Of a stretch of DNA of 59,904 nt, positions 1 to 8,816 are shown piece by piece. The translations under genes were made by a program, and so were the position numbers. The notes beneath the pieces were generated by a model that saw only the letters and a list, made by a program, of their open reading frames with translations, was not told the DNA's origin and did no database searches. This stretch comes from Usitatibacter sp. GTDB taxonomy: Bacteria > Pseudomonadota > Gammaproteobacteria > Burkholderiales > Usitatibacteraceae. Where the stretch lies: positions 1 through 59,904 of the forward strand of contig JBDSRZ010000162.1 of the NCBI GenBank assembly GCA_039929025.1. Direction: 5' to 3'. How positions within the stretch are numbered: the first letter of the stretch is position 1; each line of letters begins with the position of its first letter.

Positions 1-1197
1 GCCTACGGCCTCATGATCAACGCCGGCGCCAAGATGACGCAGATGGAAAACCGCATCGTGCTGGCGCGTTTCAAGGACGGTTATGGCCCGGTCGGCGCCT
101 ATTTTTTGCATCTGAAGACCTATACGCAAAACGCAGTGGGCGAAGAGTACGAGTCCAAGTGGTTCCCGGCGCTACAGAAGATGGTCGGCAAGGAGTATCT
201 GGATCCGGAGGTCTCGCACCTGACCCACCGGCCCATCCCGACCTGCCTACGCAACCATTGCATCATCAGCGAAGTGGCCGCCGGCCGCGGCCCCATCCAC
301 ATGGTGACCATGCACGCCTTCCAGGACCCTCACCTGGAAGAGGTCGGCTGGGAAAACTTCCTCGGCATGACCATAGGCCAGGCAGTGCTGTGGGCCGCCA
401 CCGACGTGGATCCCAAGGATGAGAATCCGGAGTTGACCACGTCAGAGCCTTACGTCATGGGCTCCCACGCGACCTGCTCGGGCGCCTGGTGCTCGGGTCC
501 CGAGGACATTTCCCCGCCCGAGTATTTCTGGGGCTACAACCGCATGACGACGATCGAAGGCCTGTTCGGCGCCGGTGATGCGGTCGGCGGCACGCCGCAT
601 GCCTTCTCATCCGGTTCTTTTACCGAAGGGCGGCTGGCCGCGAAGGCCGCCTGCAAGTACATCGACGACGGCAAGGGCGAAGGCATCGTCGTATCCGATG
701 AGCAGATCGAGCGCCGCGGGAAAGAGATCTTCAAGCCCCTGGAGCACTACACGATGTACCGCAACGCGATCGTGGCGGGCACCGTCAACCCGCACTACAT
801 CAATCCCCAGCAGGGCCTGGACCGCCTGCAGAAGCTCATGGACGAGTATTGCGGCGGCTATACCGTCGGCTACATGACCAACGAGAAGCTGCTGAATATC
901 TGCCTCAAGAAACTCAAGCTCATGGAGGAGGATCTCCAGAGCCTGGCCGCGAAGGACCTTCACGAGTTGCTGCGTGCATGGGAACTCATGCACCGTCACC
1001 GGGCCGCAGAGTGCGTGACGCACCACACGCTCTTCCGCAAGGAGACGCGCTGGCCGGGCTACTACTACCGCGGCGATGTCATGAAGCTGGACGACGAGAA
1101 CTGGCACGTGCTGACCGTTTCGCGCCGCGATCCGCAAACCGGCGAATACACCATGGAAAAGGCGCCCTGCTATCACCTGGTTGGGGAAAACGAGTAG
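1..1197 (+). CDS. aprA: Adenylylsulfate (APS) reductase alpha subunit, 5' truncated by the window edge
   Basis: Frame is open from base 1 (GCC TAC GGC CTC ATG). AprA motifs EMENRIVLARFKDGYGPVGA, PYVMGSHATCSGAW, GDAVGGTPHAFSSGSFTEGR, RKETRWPGYYYRGD. Confidence 0.95.
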   Translation, partial: AYGLMINAGAKMTQMENRIVLARFKDGYGPVGAYFLHLKTYTQNAVGEEYESKWFPALQKMVGKEYLDPEVSHLTHRPIPTCLRNHCIISEVAAGRGPIHMVTMHAFQDPHLEEVGWENFLGMTIGQAVLWAATDVDPKDENPELTTSEPYVMGSHATCSGAWCSGPEDISPPEYFWGYNRMTTIEGLFGAGDAVGGTPHAFSSGSFTEGRLAAKAACKYIDDGKGEGIVVSDEQIERRGKEIFKPLEHYTMYRNAIVAGTVNPHYINPQQGLDRLQKLMDEYCGGYTVGYMTNEKLLNICLKKLKLMEEDLQSLAAKDLHELLRAWELMHRHRAAECVTHHTLFRKETRWPGYYYRGDVMKLDDENWHVLTVSRRDPQTGEYTMEKAPCYHLVGENE

Positions 1198-1203
1198 TCC
1201 CGC

Positions 1204-1554
1204 GTGAACATCGTCGAACAAACCGATGAGGAGATTCGGGCCCTGGCCGATCCCCTGTGGCGCGATCTCCTCAGGTACTCCAACGAAGGCAAGTACGGGG
1301 ATTTCGTCGGGAAGTTCGCCAAGTCCCTGTCGCTTGCCATGAATGAGGTCACGGTGAATCACCAGTTCGCGAACAGCGAGCTGGCGAGGAGCCTCGCCGA
1401 GGATGCCGACTATCTCGGCATCATCCGCCGGGGCGAACATGTGACGGTCCTTTACCGGCAACGCAGCACCAGGAAGCCCGGCGAATGGCTCGGCAGGCTC
1501 GTCCTCGGCTACGAAGATGGCGAGGTCAGGATTTTCGCGGCCTCGATCTTCTGA
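1204..1554 (+). CDS. Hypothetical protein downstream of aprA (116 aa)
   Basis: GTG start 6 bp after aprA stop; its TGA overlaps the next ATG (TGATG); natural globular composition. Confidence 0.75.
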   Translation: MNIVEQTDEEIRALADPLWRDLLRYSNEGKYGDFVGKFAKSLSLAMNEVTVNHQFANSELARSLAEDADYLGIIRRGEHVTVLYRQRSTRKPGEWLGRLVLGYEDGEVRIFAASIF

Positions 1555-2063
1555 TGAACCCGACCATCCATGACGGCAAGCTGGTCGAACTCACGTACAA
1601 GGTGATCGACCGGAAATCCGGAAATGTCCTGACCTGCGTGGAGTTCCCGCTGGGCTACGTCCACGGACACAATGAAATCCTCGCCCCTTCGATCCACCGC
1701 GAGCTGGAGGGCAAGTGCGCCGGCGACGTGATCGAGGTGCCGATCGACGGCAATCGCATCTTCGGCGCGAGGGACGAATCGCTGGTCTTCACCGATCGCA
1801 TCGAGAACGTCCCCGAGGCGTACCGGCAGGTCGGGACCTCCATCCTCATGGAAAGCGACCAGGGCAAGGCCCGCAGCTTCATCGTGACGCGCATCGACGA
1901 CGAGACACTGACCGTCGACGGCAACAATCCGCTTTGCGGCCGGGAGGTCGTCTTCCGACTCGAGATACTGGCAGTGCGCGACGCGACCGACGCGGAAATG
2001 AATGCCGGCGGAGCGATCGGCGCCGGCCCGGATATCGACCCGTCACTGATGAGAGCGGTTTGA
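1554..2063 (+). CDS. FKBP-type peptidyl-prolyl isomerase, SlyD-like, without a His-rich tail
   Basis: VELTYKV...PLGYVHG...LEGKCAGD...TVDGNNPLCGREVVFRLEILAVRDAT matches the SlyD/FKBP pattern; ATG at 1554 coupled to upstream stop. Confidence 0.85.
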   Translation: MNPTIHDGKLVELTYKVIDRKSGNVLTCVEFPLGYVHGHNEILAPSIHRELEGKCAGDVIEVPIDGNRIFGARDESLVFTDRIENVPEAYRQVGTSILMESDQGKARSFIVTRIDDETLTVDGNNPLCGREVVFRLEILAVRDATDAEMNAGGAIGAGPDIDPSLMRAV

Positions 2064-2085
2064 TTTCACTGAAAGGGCAGAACCC

Positions 2086-2244
2086 ATGAGCGAGCAAAAA
2101 CCCAGCCCCAAGGTTCCTGACGGCAAGACGCGCTTTTACACGACGCGCCAGAAAGCGCCGAACGAAAAGGGCTTTGTCGGCTACGAAACCGAGTGGAAGC
2201 CGTTCCAGAAGGAAGTCGAATACGAGACGCCGAAGAAGCCATAG
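2086..2244 (+). CDS. Small 52-aa protein MSEQKPSPKVPDGKTRFYTTRQKAPNEKGFVGYETEWKPFQKEVEYETPKKP (not in the ORF track)
   Basis: Purine-rich GAAAGGG upstream of ATG 2086, TAG at 2242-2244, last gene of the co-oriented apr block; a decayed second copy lies at 4142-4313. Confidence 0.7.
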   Translation: MSEQKPSPKVPDGKTRFYTTRQKAPNEKGFVGYETEWKPFQKEVEYETPKKP

Positions 2245-2301
2245 GCGTCTTGCCGTGGCATGGATGAGCCGGATCGCCGGCAGGAAAAATTCCGCTTCCT
2301 G

Positions 2302-3573
2302 TTATCCGGCGAGCCTGAAGGACTCGGCCATCCGCTCCTGCTCCCTGGCAGGGACACGCAGTTTCCTGGCGATCGTGCGCCATTGGGACACGATGGCTCG
2401 ATAGCTTTCGATGATCTCCCGGGCGGCTTTCGCCGCCACGCGGAAGTATGGCGCGACCTCCCGCGCGAGGTCGAGGTCCAGCGCGTTGTCGGTCTCGCTC
2501 ACATTGAGTTGCAGGCCATCCGATACGGGCACCGGATTCATGTCGAATGCGGGCGACAGCCCCCACCCGCGTCCCGGCTCGAGCAGGAAGCCGTGGTTGC
2601 GCAAGTGGTCGTCGGTGTTCGATACCAGCATGAAGAACACGATCCGCGACCAGAGCTCCCTCAAGTCCTCGCGCGGATTCGCCCCATGGTCGATCAATAC
2701 GCGGGCGAGTTCCAGGTAGCTCACTCCGGCCGCGGCATCGTCCCCGTCCTTGCGCCCGGTCAACGTCATGGCCGAGGCGAAATGAATGCGTCGGCCTTCG
2801 GATGTGCGATCGAAGCGCTGGACAAGGAAGGTGTGGTGATCATGCGCGAACCGCCGGGCGCTGCTCTCCGGAACATTCAACCCACAGGCGTGCGCCAGCG
2901 CATGAAGGACCTGCTCCCACGCGGCCACGTCGTGTTCATCCCGAACGCTGGGGAACTTGGCGATCCAGAGGCGTCCATCGGGATCGACGACGCTCGCCTT
3001 CGGCCGGGCGCCACCCAATGAACCACCGGGCGCGATCAGCAGGCGAAGCCATTCGTCGCCCTTCTTCGCCGTGTTCTTCTCGTCGCGCTCGAGGGCGAGG
3101 CTCGCCGTCTCCAATTCGCGCAACTGGACGAACGCAGGGGCCGCGGCATCGTGGCGGTTGTCCAGGAAGTCTCCCGCATCGTCGAGCCGGAATCGCAATC
3201 CGCCCGTGCGAAAGGCGTCGTGCACGCCGAGAAGGTAGTCGGATTCGTGAAGTCGTGCCGTCCGCGCAGCGGCCCCGGCCCGCTTGTCCCGCTCCAGCCG
3301 TCGTTGCATCAGCATCCGACCCCAGCGATCCGGGCTCGCATCGGCGAACATCCCGAAAGTGTCGCGGCCCCGCTCGGGGTGCTGTCGACCGGGAAACAAG
3401 GCGATGCGCGGGTCGAGCTGCGTCGTGCTCAAAACCCGGTCCGCCAGGGCGCCCGCGTCGTACTCGAACTCGAATGCCTCTCGCCCCGCGCCGCGCCGGG
3501 CGTGCAGGTGGCCGAAGCGGATGGGCTGTTCAATTCCCGCCCAATCCGCGTACACGGCAATCACGATGGCCAC
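2302..3573 (-). CDS. HipA-family Ser/Thr kinase toxin (type II TA)
   Basis: N-terminal couple domain (FEFEYD...DASPDRWGR), P-loop GGSLGGARPKA, WIAKFP, NTDDHLRNHGFL, LSPAFDMNP. Confidence 0.92.
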   Translation of the reverse strand: MAIVIAVYADWAGIEQPIRFGHLHARRGAGREAFEFEYDAGALADRVLSTTQLDPRIALFPGRQHPERGRDTFGMFADASPDRWGRMLMQRRLERDKRAGAAARTARLHESDYLLGVHDAFRTGGLRFRLDDAGDFLDNRHDAAAPAFVQLRELETASLALERDEKNTAKKGDEWLRLLIAPGGSLGGARPKASVVDPDGRLWIAKFPSVRDEHDVAAWEQVLHALAHACGLNVPESSARRFAHDHHTFLVQRFDRTSEGRRIHFASAMTLTGRKDGDDAAAGVSYLELARVLIDHGANPREDLRELWSRIVFFMLVSNTDDHLRNHGFLLEPGRGWGLSPAFDMNPVPVSDGLQLNVSETDNALDLDLAREVAPYFRVAAKAAREIIESYRAIVSQWRTIARKLRVPAREQERMAESFRLAG

Positions 3574-3574
3574 G

Positions 3575-4030
3575 TCAGCGGCCCCGTCGGGTTCCAGGAG
3601 TCTTGATCAGGCCGGCCAGAGTCCGGGCGGTCGGATACCCGGTCTTCGGCGGCCCGAGGTCGGGTGCTTTCCCGGTCTTTGCAGTTGCGGCCGAAGTCAA
3701 CTTCACCACCCTGGGTGCAGGTCGGCCACGCGGTTCCATGCGCTTGTCGAGTCTCGCATCCTGCAGCTCCCGCCCAAGCGGATCGGCGCTCGCAAGCAGC
3801 TCGAGATCCTTCTCGATTCCGAGCACTTGCATGACGGCCGCGTACGCGCCGATGGTCACCCCGGCGCCGCCTCGCTCCACGCTACGCAAGGTCATGGGCG
3901 CCATGCCGGAGCGTTCGGCGACCTGGGCGGCGGTCAGGCGGCGGCGAAGCCGGGCAAGGCGCAGCCGGTCACCAAGCTGCCCCAGCAACTGTTGGGCAAC
4001 CGGCAGCAAAGGGGCGATTTTTTTGGCCAT
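3575..4030 (-). CDS. XRE-family HTH antitoxin partner of HipA
   Basis: LGDRLRLARLRRRLTAAQVAERSGMAPMTLRSVERG HTH; stop 1 bp from the hipA start. Confidence 0.88.
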   Translation of the reverse strand: MAKKIAPLLPVAQQLLGQLGDRLRLARLRRRLTAAQVAERSGMAPMTLRSVERGGAGVTIGAYAAVMQVLGIEKDLELLASADPLGRELQDARLDKRMEPRGRPAPRVVKLTSAATAKTGKAPDLGPPKTGYPTARTLAGLIKTPGTRRGR

Positions 4031-4039
4031 GATGTAACT

Positions 4040-4068
4040 ATTCTAGCTGTAATAGACACCTTTTGCCA
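4040..4068 (-). promoter_or_regulatory. Putative sigma70 promoter of the HTH-hipA operon
   Basis: Minus strand TGGCAA-N17-TAGAAT in an AT-rich patch, 9 nt before the ATG at 4030. Confidence 0.5.
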
Positions 4069-4141
4069 GAATATTTACACGCATTCGCGATCGGAAGGGC
4101 TAGAAGCGGTGGCGCCTGAGCGTCGTCGTGCGATTGTTGGG

Positions 4142-4313
4142 ACCCACGAGCGGGCCAAATCCCACGATCAAGGTTCCTGACGGCAAGACGCGCTTTCATA
4201 CGACGCGCCAGAAGGCTCCGAACGAAAAGGGTTTGTCGGCTACGAAACCGACTGGAATCCGTTCCAGAAGGAAGTCGAATACGAGACGCCGAAGAAGCCT
4301 TGGGCGTCATGCC
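4142..4313 (+). pseudogene. Decayed duplicate of the 52-aa gene region 2082-2254
   Basis: Colinear at offset 2060: start ATG->ACG, 1-bp deletion (AAGGGCTTTG vs AAGGGTTTG), stop TAG->TGG. Confidence 0.85.
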
Positions 4314-4358
4314 CTTTAGGAGGGCACCCGGCCGCGTCGCCCGCCGTATAATCGAGCA

Positions 4359-4580
4359 ATGGATCGCACACCCTCCGAATCGCTGCGTCGCTGGGCGCGC
4401 GCCTGGGAGAGCGCGGGCGTGTTTCTCGCGCGCGAGCGGGCGCGCAGGCTGCGCACCATGACGGATGACGACGTCCGGGCCGCGGTAGCGGCGTTGTTCG
4501 GCGGCCGATCTCCGGCGGGGGACGACAGGCGCGGCACCGGCCTCGTCGAGCAGCAGCGCCTCTTCCGCAAGCTGCGATGA
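4359..4580 (+). CDS. Small helical protein, probable antitoxin/partner of the nucleotidyltransferase
   Basis: TATAAT at 4347-4352; 73 aa; ATGA overlap with the next gene. Confidence 0.65.
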   Translation: MDRTPSESLRRWARAWESAGVFLARERARRLRTMTDDDVRAAVAALFGGRSPAGDDRRGTGLVEQQRLFRKLR

Positions 4581-5155
4581 GCTCGGCTCCGGCCGGTTTG
4601 TTCGCCGCAGCCGGGGAAATCCAGGAAAAGCTGAGCCGCGCCGGTTTCCGCTTCTGCTTCATCGGCGGCCTGGCCTTGCAGCGCTGGGGCGAGCCGCGCT
4701 ACACGCGCGACATCGACCTCACGTTGCTGTGCCCCTTCGGCGACGAGATCGCCGTCGCAAGGCGCATCGCCGAGCTGGTCTTGCCCCGGCTCACCGGCGC
4801 GGTGGAATTCGCGCGCGACTCGCGCGTCTTCCTGGGCGAGGCGAACGACGGCACCCCGGTGGACATCGCACTTGGAGCGATCGACTTCGAGGTGCGCTGC
4901 GTCGAACGCGCTTCGCCCTTCGATTTCGGCGGCGGCCTTTCGCTCGTGACGTGCAGCGCCGAGGATCTCCTCGTCATGAAGACTTTCGCCGGGCGTGGCC
5001 AGGACTGGGTGGACATCGAGGCGATCATCGTCCGCCGGGGCCCGACCCTCGATTGGGGATCGATCGATCGCGAGCTCGAGCCGCTGCTCGCGTTGAAGCA
5101 CTCGACCGATGCCCGCGAAAGGCTGGCGGCTCTGCGGAAGGACTGCTCGCCGTAG
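4577..5155 (+). CDS. Pol-beta-like nucleotidyltransferase (AbiEii/DUF6036-like TA toxin type)
   Basis: FIGGLALQRWGEPRYTRDIDL motif and SAEDLLVMKTFAGRGQDWVDI C-terminal motif. Confidence 0.8.
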   Translation: MSSAPAGLFAAAGEIQEKLSRAGFRFCFIGGLALQRWGEPRYTRDIDLTLLCPFGDEIAVARRIAELVLPRLTGAVEFARDSRVFLGEANDGTPVDIALGAIDFEVRCVERASPFDFGGGLSLVTCSAEDLLVMKTFAGRGQDWVDIEAIIVRRGPTLDWGSIDRELEPLLALKHSTDARERLAALRKDCSP

Positions 5156-5448
5156 GACCCGCGCGCCTTTCCGTATCCCGCTCACGTTCCGTGGCAAGCG
5201 ACGCTTCATTATTGCCTGACCAAGTGCGCACGCGGTGACCTGCCCCGGGACACGCGAACAAGCGGCGAGATCTGATCCTCCATTGTTGAAAATTACGCTT
5301 TGCGGCTCGCCGCCCCACGGGCATAATCGGCGCGTAAACGGCATTACCTGCTCGATCGGATAGGAGCACAGACCTTCGTCCGGCGAGCGGCTTCCTCAGG
5401 TCCGGCGCCGCCCAGGGGAATTTTTTTCCAGCCACAACGGAGGCAAGC

Positions 5449-7314
5449 ATGGGCATGCGAATCCGGGGCATCGCATCGTTGTTGTTTGTGCTGTTTGTCC
5501 TGCCCGCCATCGTGAGCGGCGCCGATGACGACCTGCTCGGCGGAAAGCTCCTCGATGAAAAGCCGGCGAAGCCGGCTCCAGCCGCCGATCGGCCGAAGCC
5601 GCCGCCGCAGCCGGCGCGCGAGTCCCCCGCGGCTGGAATCGAGGCCGCCAAGGCGCACCTCGACCTCTTCGCCGAGAACCGGTATCCATCGGCGAACACC
5701 TGCAAGACCTGCCATCCGCGCCACTTCGAGGAGTGGGCGGTATCGCAGCATGCGTACGCACAGCTTTCGCCGGTATTCATGGCGATGCAGAACGCCATCA
5801 ACGCGCGCACCAGCAGCACGAACGGCGATTTCTGCGTGCGCTGCCATACGCAGGTCGGCATGAACATCGGCGAGTCGCCTTTCATGTCGAACCTCGACCG
5901 GCATCCGACGTCGCGCGAAGGCATCACCTGCGTGATCTGCCACCGCCTGCCGAAGCAATACGGCAAGGTGAGCGGGCGAGTCGCGCTGGTCGAAGGCGAT
6001 CTCCTTGCGCCCGTCTTCGGCCCGACCGGCAACAAGGAGCTCAAGCGCGTGCTCGACAACCGCCACGAGTATCGGGTCGTCACCGAACGTGAGGCGTCGG
6101 GCCGGAAGATCCACACCGACGTGGAGAAATTTCCCTTCATCGAGACCTCGGCCTTCTGCGGCACGTGCCACGACGTGAACCTCTTCAATGGCTTCCGGCT
6201 CGAGGAGGCCTTCTCCGACTTCAAGCGCTCGCCCGCCGCGGCCAAGGGCACCCGTTGCCAGGACTGCCACATGGGCAACGAGCCGGGCAAGGTGTCCGGG
6301 TACGGCCACGGGCCGGCCGCGGAAGTTGGGGGCGTGCCGACCAAGCCTCGAAAGCTCACCAACCATTTCTTCGCCGGTCCCGATTACTCCGTCGTCCACC
6401 CGGGCATCTTTCCGCACAACGACGAGGCGGCGCGCATGGCGACGCTTCGCGAGTGGCTGCAGTTCGATCACAAGGCTGGCTGGGGAACCGACAAGTTCGA
6501 GCAGGGCCTGCCGAAGGGGACGGACTTTCCTGCGCGCTGGCGCAGCGTCGACGACCGCTACGACGCCCGCAAGATCATCGACTACCAGCTGAAGCGCTTG
6601 GAATACGCGCGCGGCAAGCGCCTCCAGGTCCTGCAGAACGGCTACGGCCTCGGCGACATCGAGATGCTGGGCTCCGGCGCCGGCGGCCTCGCGTTCCGCA
6701 TTGCGGTGAAGAACCTCACGGACGGCCACAGCGTGCCGACGGGGTTCGATGCCGAGCGGCTGGTGTGGCTCGAAGTCGTGGTCACCGATGCCGCCGGCAA
6801 GGTGCTGCACCGCTCGGGCGACCTCGATCCGAACGGCGACCTGCGCGACCTCCACTCCACGTACGTGGCGAACGGGCAGTTGCCGCTCGATCGTGATCTC
6901 TTCTCGCTGCAGTCGAAGTTCGTCACCCTCAACGTGCGCGGCGGCGAACGCGAGCAGGTCCTCGCCGTGAATCATTCGCTCGACCCGCTGCCCTTTGTCC
7001 GCCCGAGCACGACGTCGACGATCCTCACCGGCCAGCCCACCGCCGCGCGCAAGCACCGCTACGTGATGCCGCCGCTCTCCCAGCGGGTGGCCTCTTATTC
7101 GGTCAAGGCGGGGGAGCTGAGCGGGAGCGCTCCGTACACCGTGAGGATCCGCCTCAAGGCGGCGATGGTGCCCGTGAACCTCGTGCACGAGATCCAGTCC
7201 GTCGGCTTCGACTACGGCATGAGCCCGCGCGAGGTCGCCGACGCCGTGGTGGCGGGCCACCAGGTCATCGCGGAGCGCACCGCCACGTTCGGCGCCCGCG
7301 AAACCAGGCGCTAG
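5449..7314 (+). CDS. Exported multiheme cytochrome c, 5 CxxCH (c554-like N-terminal heme domain, large heme-free C-terminal domain)
   Basis: GGAGG RBS, Sec-type signal peptide, CKTCH, CVRCH, CVICH, CGTCH, CQDCH. Confidence 0.88.
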   Translation: MGMRIRGIASLLFVLFVLPAIVSGADDDLLGGKLLDEKPAKPAPAADRPKPPPQPARESPAAGIEAAKAHLDLFAENRYPSANTCKTCHPRHFEEWAVSQHAYAQLSPVFMAMQNAINARTSSTNGDFCVRCHTQVGMNIGESPFMSNLDRHPTSREGITCVICHRLPKQYGKVSGRVALVEGDLLAPVFGPTGNKELKRVLDNRHEYRVVTEREASGRKIHTDVEKFPFIETSAFCGTCHDVNLFNGFRLEEAFSDFKRSPAAAKGTRCQDCHMGNEPGKVSGYGHGPAAEVGGVPTKPRKLTNHFFAGPDYSVVHPGIFPHNDEAARMATLREWLQFDHKAGWGTDKFEQGLPKGTDFPARWRSVDDRYDARKIIDYQLKRLEYARGKRLQVLQNGYGLGDIEMLGSGAGGLAFRIAVKNLTDGHSVPTGFDAERLVWLEVVVTDAAGKVLHRSGDLDPNGDLRDLHSTYVANGQLPLDRDLFSLQSKFVTLNVRGGEREQVLAVNHSLDPLPFVRPSTTSTILTGQPTAARKHRYVMPPLSQRVASYSVKAGELSGSAPYTVRIRLKAAMVPVNLVHEIQSVGFDYGMSPREVADAVVAGHQVIAERTATFGARETRR

Positions 7315-7355
7315 CTTTCGGGCGTGAGCCCAAACAATCACAACCGGAGGTCGTC

Positions 7356-8813
7356 GTGACGGACGTTTTCCTGGAACGGCCCTCATCGGCCAGGGCCGCC
7401 CTCGCCGCGGTGCTGGTCGCGATTGCGGGTCCCGTCCTCGCGGAGCAGGAGAGCAGCCGCCTTTCCGACAAGCCCGTTGCCTATCACGGGGACAAGGAAC
7501 TGCCGCTGCCCACGCCGCCCATCTTCGAGCTGGGCGACGTATTCCTGCGTCCGGGCAACATCAAGCCTGGTTTCGAGCTCCCCACGGGTGCGGTCTGGCA
7601 GCCGCGCTTCTGGGTCTTCGGCACTCTGCGCACCTACGTCGGCACCTTCGACACCGGCGGCTCGCCGGCGCGGCCGGTGAAGCAGCAGGCCGAGTGGGCC
7701 ACCCGCGCCGACATCTTCGGCAACCTCCAGCTGACCGGCAGCGAGCGCATCCTCATCGGCATCCAGCCGTTGCACCGCGATGGCGCGTTCACCGGCCGGC
7801 GTTTCAGGCCGGATCGCCTCGACGCCGGCTTTCAGGACGAGCTCAATGCCAGGGTTCGCACTTTCTACTTCGAAGGCGACATCGGACAGATCTTCCCGCG
7901 CCTCGACCGGGAAGACCGCAGGCAGTTCGACATCGGCTTCTCCGTCGGAAGGCAGGAGCTCAACTTCCAGGGCGGCATGCTGATCAACGACACGCTGGAT
8001 GCCCTCGGCGTCACGAAGAACAATATCCGCATCCCCGGCTGGGATTGGCTCAACAATTTGCGCATCACGGGACTGGGCGCGTGGGGCGAGGTCAACCGGA
8101 ACAGAACCCTCCCCCCGGCGGGAATCGACAATGCCCGGGACCGTGGCGCACGGCTTTACGCGTTGCTCACCTCGCTCGACACAGTGTTCGGAAACCAATT
8201 CGCGAGCACCATCGACATGGACATCGCCTTCGTCGACGGCGGCCGCGACGGCACCGGCGACCTGTGGGTGGCGGGAATCAGCGGCACGCAGAGGATCGGG
8301 TATGTGAGCAGCACGTTGCGCGTCCTCGGCTCCCACGCTCCCGGCCGTCGCACCGCGCAATCCAACAATGGCGCACTCGTCTTCGGCGAGCTCTCGATGG
8401 CCCCCTTCGGAACCCACAACATCGCCTACGCGAACTTCTTCTGGGGCATCGACCACTTCACCTCGGCCGCGCGCGACCCCACCGCGGGCGGGCCACTCGG
8501 CCGCGCAGGGCTCACGTTCGCGTCGCGCGGCATCGGCAGCTATCCCGCCCCGCTGGGCAACCGCGCGGACCGGGCGTACGGCGTCGCCCTCGGCTACCAG
8601 ATGTTCTTCGACAACAATCGCCGCCAGGTCGTGGTGGAGCTCGGGGCGCGCAACGACCGCACCCCGGGCGTCCCGGACGCCGCCGCGCTCGGGATTCGCA
8701 TGCAACAGGCACTCGGGCGACGCTGTATTCTGGAGGTCGAGGCCTTCGGCGCCGCGCGCCGCGCGGCCGACAACGGCTACGGCCTGCGCATCGAGCTTCA
8801 AGTCAAGCTTTAG
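7356..8813 (+). CDS. Probable outer-membrane beta-barrel protein
   Basis: GGAGG RBS before GTG, signal peptide (AALAAVLVAIAGPVLA), many Gly/aromatic alternating strands, terminal strand YGLRIELQVKL (ends in L, not F). Confidence 0.65.
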   Translation: MTDVFLERPSSARAALAAVLVAIAGPVLAEQESSRLSDKPVAYHGDKELPLPTPPIFELGDVFLRPGNIKPGFELPTGAVWQPRFWVFGTLRTYVGTFDTGGSPARPVKQQAEWATRADIFGNLQLTGSERILIGIQPLHRDGAFTGRRFRPDRLDAGFQDELNARVRTFYFEGDIGQIFPRLDREDRRQFDIGFSVGRQELNFQGGMLINDTLDALGVTKNNIRIPGWDWLNNLRITGLGAWGEVNRNRTLPPAGIDNARDRGARLYALLTSLDTVFGNQFASTIDMDIAFVDGGRDGTGDLWVAGISGTQRIGYVSSTLRVLGSHAPGRRTAQSNNGALVFGELSMAPFGTHNIAYANFFWGIDHFTSAARDPTAGGPLGRAGLTFASRGIGSYPAPLGNRADRAYGVALGYQMFFDNNRRQVVVELGARNDRTPGVPDAAALGIRMQQALGRRCILEVEAFGAARRAADNGYGLRIELQVKL

Positions 8814-8816
8814 GAC

